A DNA stretch of 34,001 nucleotides from Chthonomonadaceae bacterium (lineage in GTDB: Bacteria; Armatimonadota; Chthonomonadetes; Chthonomonadales; Chthonomonadaceae): positions 1 to 34,001 of the forward strand of contig DASRGZ010000201.1 of the NCBI GenBank assembly GCA_035650735.1, written 5' to 3'. Numbering within the stretch: the first letter of the stretch is position 1; each line of letters begins with the position of its first letter. The position numbers and the translations under genes are program-made. The notes under the pieces were generated by a model, which had not been told where the DNA came from, searched no databases, and saw only the letters and a list, made by a program, of their open reading frames with translations. Shown here piece by piece: positions 27,401 to 34,001 of this stretch.

Positions 27401-27753
27401 GGGGCCGCGTGGAAGACAACGGCCTGCGGCGCGGCTCCGGCGCCCTCCGGTCGGGAAGCGGGCGCCGTCAACTCGGCGGCAAGCGCGGCTTGTCGGTCGG
27501 CATATTCGCGCTGAAGCTGCGCCGCCGCCGTTTCGGAGAGCAGGCTCCGCGATTGCCAGCCTGTCAACTGAGCCAGCAGATAGGCGATATGCCCTATCTC
27601 GGCCCGGAGGGCCGCTTGCGGGGCAGGCAGTAATTGCCCACAGTGGGTGCAATAGCGCGCCCAGTCCGCATTGGCATGGCCGCAAACCACGCACATTCGG
27701 ACGGGAGCAGAGGTATTCGCGGAAGAGACCGAAGGCTGCGAAGCATCTTGCAT
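24454..27753 (-). CDS. Very large polytopic membrane protein with N-terminal zinc ribbon (DUF2157/SCO7613-like)
   Basis: CVVC-x10-CTHC, then about 950 residues of repeated hydrophobic helices; C-terminal LDLYLLPVG...LWGIGQRIRA...LIGVGLFVVG; GAGGGG RBS. Confidence 0.8.
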   Translation of the reverse strand: MQDASQPSVSSANTSAPVRMCVVCGHANADWARYCTHCGQLLPAPQAALRAEIGHIAYLLAQLTGWQSRSLLSETAAAQLQREYADRQAALAAELTAPASRPEGAGAAPQAVVFHAAPAAAGGSGAGSAPPSAAPLSPGLGEFFQEHALKALFALATVLVLVAVRSMLAWDWMDLLAVRLIPVVPLGLAVLFWLFGQKTRRENPWAAFVYHGVAAALVALDLIAINKYWLFALPTRQVLLASSLAATAMAGALLLRWREVPYLHLFQVGALTTLYAALQALRWSAPPNDFRPQPLLLFGGAYLLYAALCLGAAWRARGAEQAKPAAEGNPWASAWLLWAHLVATTAVAFSALNAMLQGAGHQEELALVALLAGLIYAAGAQSLGEGRMVYVSGGFLTGSGVLWISAHTEYAWDGFGMLLLALSAAALGLAAFNGKRAAASSSAAELAAAYRQVALLSVVAATLVIWGRAVDLWTLGARGQHGQAFGENALLAALCGAFYALFAWWDRQPDDLYGALATWGLALVSGLAWAHAPTGAYPLALLLYGVALCLLAALAFASRPAAAKGKAPLPSPWAEWAVPPVVCGQIAGGIGALWEAYILSPSTPLAVPAWSFCALAAAAIYLGAARWLERAEFARLSWLPLVGGYALFLGWRGSPRLSALDAGLADALWVVGGTALAWCYGQTARWSGRAEFTYAGALTLIGSYLRAAELAWPLPAQWHALMLLPLLIALYAAGMRFALDSAEDALFGEPLRRTGLAVSVLALFWSAGHGDGLLAPSHAAMPGLITLTLAAYGAAYAALAVARRTPETVALGALTLTGAYLHHLLTRTPLLYPHPDLAPLSWPRFAFLAAQSGVFWFLVGWHVHRRWQRSDLAGPLLNLSGWLGLFSAVVGVLAARTPGEGSWSILTLAWAGAICFGLWLLENHEGWLHAGIWNLLAAWGLILYDHFGPDVQTLDLYLLPVGLYLILIGHREGHRQTSEQAQSFWWTGLLVILTPAFLAYRYGDVPWHTVLLLVECLAAVLWGIGQRIRAFVYAGLAFTAAFAASTIEGHLPEEIGTLAALLIGVGLFVVGFYLLTHREVMRKWAAILTAQWQAWQAWR

Positions 27754-27817
27754 GGCCGTTTCCCCTCTTTAAGACAACACGCGCACCCACGATGGTGCGT
27801 CCGCCAGACTTCTCTTT

Positions 27818-27942
27818 GCACCCCAGCCCTTCTTGACCTAACCCCCCGGCCCCTCCCTGCTTCGTTCGCTCCGCTCACAGGGAAGGGAGGGACCCGGCTT
27901 CTCTTCCCCCTTCTTGCAGGGAGAAGGGCCGGGGGTGAGGTC
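27818..27942. repeat. Family A REP-like mosaic
   Basis: CACCCCAGCCCTTCTTGACCTAACCCCCCGGCCCCTCCCT..AGGGAAGGGAGGGACCCGGCTTCTC..GGGAGAAGGGCCGGGGGTGAGGTC; parallels 5272-5400. Confidence 0.85.
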
Positions 27943-28060
27943 TGCTGGGTTGAGGGCTATATTCACCCCCATTATAACGAGAAGCCAATCCGCCCGCATG
28001 GGCCGAAAGTCTCAATTTTAGGGAGAAAGAAGTCCCAAAAACACGGACAGGGAATGCGCT

Positions 28061-29392
28061 TCAAGCGAGCGGCGGCGTCTGTTCCAGCAGGTGCGGGGGT
28101 GGCGGCTGAGTGAGCTTGGGGAACAGGTACATGAGGACAATCTGGATGGAGGCGGCCACCGGCACGGCCAGCAGCATTCCCAGCACGCCAAACAGCGTCG
28201 CGCCCGCCATCAGCGCGAAGATGCTGACTACCGGATGCAGCCCGACCGAGGCGCCCACCACGCGCGGGTAGACGATCTGATCAAAAAGGTTCTGCGCAAC
28301 GATGGCGCAGAGCACGACGGCGAGCGTGTAGCCGATGGAGTTGGCCGGGATATGGACAAAGAGCAGGGCGGTGTGGCTGTCCATCGAGTAGGCGACCGCG
28401 CCGGAGACGAGGGCCGTGATCAACTGCCCGACGTAGGGCACGGCGTAGAACGCGCCGGCCATAATGCCCAGGAACAGCGCATATTTCAGGCCGAGCAGTT
28501 GGAAAATCACAAAGGCGGTCAGGGCGTAGAGCAGGCAGATTTTGGCTAACCCGCGTATATAGGCGCTGAACACGTCTACGATTTCGCGGCTCATCCGATC
28601 CACCTGCGTCTGGTACGCCTCCGGGAAGAGGGAGATGATGCGGGCGCGCAGCACCGGATAGTCCCGCATGAAGAAGAAGGCCGTCACCGGGATGATGATG
28701 AGCCAGAGGATTTTGGAGGCGGCGCCGGTCAGAAAGCCGGTGACGCCGCCCAGCAGGGTGTTGATGGTGTCCTTCAGCGGGCCGGAGCGCTGCTGGAAGA
28801 GGTCGCTGATCCGCTCCTGCTTGATGCCCAGCAGCCGCAGCATGCCGGCGTTGTGGTGCAGGAAGGCATCGGCGGTGCTCTGGATATTGGTAAAGTAGAC
28901 GTTGAAGTTCTGGCTCAGCTCCTCGATCTGGTCGCGGGCCCTGGGAACGACAAACAGGAAGAAGAGCGCCACCAGGCACACGCCGAACACATAGAGGGTC
29001 AGGATCGCCCGGACACGCGAACGTCCATGCTGCTCCAGCATGCGGATCGTCGGGTCCAGCAGAGCCGCCAGAAAGAAGGCGATGAGAAAGGGCGGCAGGA
29101 TGGATTGAACCTGCCACAGAAACAGGCAGGCCGCCGTGGCAGCAAGGCCCAGAGCGAGGAGGCGCTGCCAGTCCCGCCGGGAAAGCCCCAGCCACCGGTC
29201 GCCGCGCATCAGCGCAACCTCCGTGGCGCGAACGGTAACCTCGTCCGGCGTGGCGCGTTCGGCCTGGTCATCCGCTGCCGGGGAGACTGTAAGAAGCGAG
29301 ACGGCAGGAGCCACCGGGTCGGGCGGCGTTTCCGTCGCAATCGCCGCCTCTACCGGCCCCTGCCGTTTCGGTTGAATTACGCTTTCAGACAT
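28061..29392 (-). CDS. AI-2E family transporter
   Basis: LPPFLIAFFLAALLDP, FFFMRD, YIRG, VPYVG, YPRVVGASVGLHPV, GMLLAVPVAA. Confidence 0.93.
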   Translation of the reverse strand: MSESVIQPKRQGPVEAAIATETPPDPVAPAVSLLTVSPAADDQAERATPDEVTVRATEVALMRGDRWLGLSRRDWQRLLALGLAATAACLFLWQVQSILPPFLIAFFLAALLDPTIRMLEQHGRSRVRAILTLYVFGVCLVALFFLFVVPRARDQIEELSQNFNVYFTNIQSTADAFLHHNAGMLRLLGIKQERISDLFQQRSGPLKDTINTLLGGVTGFLTGAASKILWLIIIPVTAFFFMRDYPVLRARIISLFPEAYQTQVDRMSREIVDVFSAYIRGLAKICLLYALTAFVIFQLLGLKYALFLGIMAGAFYAVPYVGQLITALVSGAVAYSMDSHTALLFVHIPANSIGYTLAVVLCAIVAQNLFDQIVYPRVVGASVGLHPVVSIFALMAGATLFGVLGMLLAVPVAASIQIVLMYLFPKLTQPPPPHLLEQTPPLA

Positions 29393-29395
29393 CCG

Positions 29396-29674
29396 TTAGC
29401 TTGTTGCCTCTTCGCCCTCGGTGGGAACCTCACCAAGCTTCTGCGCCATTGTCGCGCGCGTGCGGTCAACGGCGCTGGAGACTTTCTGGCTTACCTGCCG
29501 GCCCAGTTCCGTAATCTTATCGCTCAGGTCGCTGACGGACTTGCTCAGGTCGTCGCGGGTCTCCTGGCCCGACTTGGGCGCCAGGAGCAGACCGGCCACG
29601 GCCCCCACCAGCACGCCAATTCCAATGCCTGCCAGCACACTTACCAACACATTGCGATCCTCATCGTTTGCCAT
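29396..29674 (-). CDS. YtxH domain-containing protein
   Basis: ATG 29674 after AGGAGG; GVLVGAVAGLLLAPKSGQETRDDL. Confidence 0.92.
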   Translation of the reverse strand: MANDEDRNVLVSVLAGIGIGVLVGAVAGLLLAPKSGQETRDDLSKSVSDLSDKITELGRQVSQKVSSAVDRTRATMAQKLGEVPTEGEEATS

Positions 29675-29694
29675 CCGAACGTTCCTCCTGAAAC

Positions 29695-30147
29695 TTAGGA
29701 TAGGTTCTCTCGCTGTGTTTCTCGCGCCCGCAGGAAAGGACGCTCTGCAAGCTGAAACGGTTCCGGCAGGAGATCGGCAACGCGCCAGACGCCGGCGCCC
29801 TCCACTAGGACCGTCGCCTCCGGCGCCATCAACTCCGCCATCACCTGCCGACAGGCCCCGCAGGGCATCCGGCTTCCGGGCGGATCGTCCGGCCCGGAAC
29901 GCACGCAGGCCAGGGCCAGCCGCTTCATCTCCTTTGCCCCGGCGGCAATCGCCGCAAACAGGGCCACACGCTCCGCGCAGATCGCCAGGCCGTAACTGGC
30001 GTTTTCGATATTGCACCCGGCGAAGATACCGGCCTCGGTCTCCACCGCCGCGCCGACGGGAAAGTTGGAGTAGGGGCAGTAGGCTCTCTGCGCTGCTTCC
30101 CGTGCGCGCTCTAGTAAGGCGCGCTCCTCCGCCGTAAACTCACGCAT
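29695..30147 (-). CDS. cdd: Cytidine deaminase (homotetrameric type)
   Basis: AYCPYSNFPVGAA, GCNIENASYGLAICAER, PCGACRQ. Confidence 0.95.
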   Translation of the reverse strand: MREFTAEERALLERAREAAQRAYCPYSNFPVGAAVETEAGIFAGCNIENASYGLAICAERVALFAAIAAGAKEMKRLALACVRSGPDDPPGSRMPCGACRQVMAELMAPEATVLVEGAGVWRVADLLPEPFQLAERPFLRARETQRENLS

Positions 30148-30270
30148 GGTTTCTTGCCCACTCCCCGCCCCCCTCCTTCTCAAGGAGAGGGGAGACCTCG
30201 CTGCTAGGTTATCGTCCGGCAGGCTAAACCCTGCCGCTGCGGGGCCCTGCTAGGGTCGGGCCTGCAATGG

Positions 30271-30316
30271 ACTGCAAGGGTCGGCAGGGTTACGGCCCCT
30301 GCCTCCGCCCTGCGAC
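30271..30316 (+). mobile_element. Family C 46-nt mini-element nested inside another C unit
   Basis: ACTGCAAGGGTCGGCAGGGTTACGGCCCCTGCCTCCGCCCTGCGAC. Confidence 0.6.
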
Positions 30317-30428
30317 AGCGCTCCGCCTAGCGAGGCCCGCTGCCCACCTACGTGGGCAGGGGCAGGGAGGAGAAGCCGGGTCACCCCCTTCCCTTGTAGG
30401 GTCGCAAGGTGTCGCTAGGCGGAGGGCT

Positions 30429-30474
30429 GTCGCAAGGTGGAGGCCCGAACCATTGTAGGGCCGACCCTTGCAGT
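30429..30474 (-). mobile_element. Family C 46-nt mini-element nested inside another C unit
   Basis: ACTGCAAGGGTCGGCCCTACAATGGTTCGGGCCTCCACCTTGCGAC. Confidence 0.6.
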
Positions 30475-30525
30475 GGTGCGAGCGTGCGCAGCACCGACCC
30501 TTGCAGTGGGGGCCGGGGGGTTAGG

Positions 30526-31641
30526 TCACAACGCACGCACAATCACCCCACCGCCGATGACGACCTGGCCCACCTCCTCGCCCTCGCCGCCATAGAAGAC
30601 GGCAGACTGTCCGGGCGTGACGGCCCGCTGCGGAGTTTCAAACCGCGCTTCCACCGTGTCCGGCTCGCCGCCCGGCGCAATCCAGGTCGGGGCCGCGACG
30701 CCATTATAACGAATCTTGGCCGAAACCGCAAGGGGCCCGTCGGCGCTCTCCAGGTCGGCAATGGCGCTCCAGACGCAGGTATTGGCGATTAGGCCGGAGG
30801 CGTAGAGCTCCTCATCCCGGCCTACAACGACCGTGTTCGTCTCCGCGTCCAGCGCCACGACATAGAGCGGGCCGGCGTTGCTGGCCGGAAGCCGCTTGCG
30901 CTGCCCGATGGTATAGAAGGCGACGCCCGGATGCTCGCCGAGCACCGTGCCGCCGGTATCCACGATCTTGCCGGGGCGCATGGCGGTCGGGGCCTTCTCC
31001 TGTAGGAAGGCGATGTAGCCTTCCCTGGGCACGAAGCAGATCTCCTGCGAGTCGGGCTTGTTGGCCAGCGCCAGGCCCAGTTCGGCGGCGATCCGGCGCG
31101 TCTCGTGCTTGCCGGAAAGATGTCCGAGCGGCATCAGGGTCTTGCGCATCTGCTCTTGAGTCAGCGTATAGAGCGCGTAGGACTGATCCTTATCCGGATC
31201 GCGCGCCCGCAGCAGCTCATAGCGCCCGGTGGACTCGTTATAGCGAATACGGGCATAGTGGCCGGTCGCCAGGTAGTCCGCACCTAGATCCTGCGCGTGC
31301 CGCAGCAGCTCGTCGAACTTAACGCTGCGGTTGCACTCCACGCAGGGGTTGGGCGTCCGGCCCCGGCTATACTCGTCCACAAACTTATCTATGACCTTAT
31401 TGGCGAAATAGTCGCGGAAGTTGAGGACATAGTGCGGGATGCCGATCCGGTTGGCGGCGCGACGGGCGTCCTCCACCGCGCCGAGCGAACAGCATCCGCC
31501 GTACTTGCCCTGCTCCGCGTGCTCCTGCCAGATTTGCAGCGTGATACCGATGACGTCATAGCCCTCCTGCTTCAGCAGCGCCGCCGTCACCGCGCTATCC
31601 ACGCCGCCGCTCATCGCGGCCACGACCGTTCCCTTGCTCAT
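30526..31641 (-). CDS. mnmA: tRNA-specific 2-thiouridylase MnmA
   Basis: AMSGGVDS, GGCCS, GRTPNPCVECN, LATGHYAR, KDQSY, DSQEICF, YTIGQRK, PQRAVTPGQ. Confidence 0.97.
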   Translation of the reverse strand: MSKGTVVAAMSGGVDSAVTAALLKQEGYDVIGITLQIWQEHAEQGKYGGCCSLGAVEDARRAANRIGIPHYVLNFRDYFANKVIDKFVDEYSRGRTPNPCVECNRSVKFDELLRHAQDLGADYLATGHYARIRYNESTGRYELLRARDPDKDQSYALYTLTQEQMRKTLMPLGHLSGKHETRRIAAELGLALANKPDSQEICFVPREGYIAFLQEKAPTAMRPGKIVDTGGTVLGEHPGVAFYTIGQRKRLPASNAGPLYVVALDAETNTVVVGRDEELYASGLIANTCVWSAIADLESADGPLAVSAKIRYNGVAAPTWIAPGGEPDTVEARFETPQRAVTPGQSAVFYGGEGEEVGQVVIGGGVIVRAL

Positions 31642-31782
31642 TCTCACTCACCTATCTCAAAGCGGGCCAACAGGCCGCCTTCCCTATCCTGTTACGTTGG
31701 CTTCTCACCTTCCGTTTCGTCCTTATTATCCCATATCCCATCGGCAGATACAATGTGTACGCCGCAAAAGGAAGAGGAGCGG

Positions 31783-31842
31783 CCCCACTCCCAGCCCCTA
31801 CTGCTAGGGTTGGCCCTGAAGCGGCAGGGTTTAGCCTGCCGG
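31783..31842. repeat. Truncated A/C/B composite
   Basis: A-type CCCCACTCCCAGCCCCT, C left end ACTGCTAGGGTTGG (31800-31813), then the reverse complement of B sequence 30216-30246. Confidence 0.75.
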
Positions 31843-31907
31843 GATAGGCGAGATGATTCGGTATATATATCTCGTACCGTTGCGGCCAATTTTTCTGCGC
31901 CTGGCTC

Positions 31908-31937
31908 TTGAAATCGCGGCGGCATTTGGAGTACAAT
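31908..31937 (+). promoter_or_regulatory. Sigma70-type groESL promoter
   Basis: TTGAAA-N18-TACAAT just upstream of CIRCE. Confidence 0.7.
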
Positions 31938-31947
31938 TCCAACAGAA

Positions 31948-31974
31948 TTAGCGCTCTCAGTCTTTGAGTGCTAA
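31948..31974 (+). promoter_or_regulatory. CIRCE operator (HrcA binding site)
   Basis: TTAGCGCTC-N9-GAGTGCTAA, one mismatch from TTAGCACTC-N9-GAGTGCTAA, upstream of groES. Confidence 0.95.
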
Positions 31975-32068
31975 ATTGCCCTCTGGTTTGCCATTGCTGG
32001 CGGCGCGATGTAGCCCGTGTCCGCAGGGCGCAAGCTATCTATAGGAACTCAATCGAGGAGGTTCTGTC

Positions 32069-34001
<1,933 letters not shown>

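Larger units (their letters stand above)
30157..30525. repeat. Large A/B/C mosaic with two nests of family C units (30247-30333 plus, 30401-30507 minus)
   Basis: B element 30216-30359 interrupted by C-in-C; minus-strand A element about 30361-30525 interrupted by C-in-C; A fragment 30157-30192. Confidence 0.9.

Noticed and set aside
29675..30016. N-terminal extension of the YtxH ORF
   Set aside because: Overlaps cdd out of frame; a strong AGGAGG precedes ATG 29674.

Overview
GC-rich bacterial chromosomal segment. Gene content (DUF6785-like membrane protein, CRTAC1/ASPIC-UnbV protein, CIRCE-controlled groESL) is compatible with Armatimonadota, but that is inference. About 25 mostly housekeeping or accessory CDSs are present, including ruvC, an HtrA protease, thrC, cysS, pgl, a macro-domain gene with a partial sugar ABC transporter, a nucleotidyltransferase followed by an orphan histidine kinase, sthA, cdd, mnmA, groES and groEL. 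I see no rRNA, tRNA, CRISPR array, transposase or integrase. The most unusual signal is intergenic: at least three families of short palindromic elements form nested mosaics. Family A is a pyrimidine/purine-rich CCCTCACCCC...GGGAGAGGGG REP-like repeat. Family B is a multi-hairpin element whose stems covary between about 10 copies. Family C is a 45-46 nt unit (ACTGCAAGGGTCG-hairpin-TCCGCCTTGCGAC) found inserted into A, into B and into itself, which looks like a structure-recognised non-autonomous mini mobile element. All alignments were done by eye and family names come from motif recognition, not database searches.
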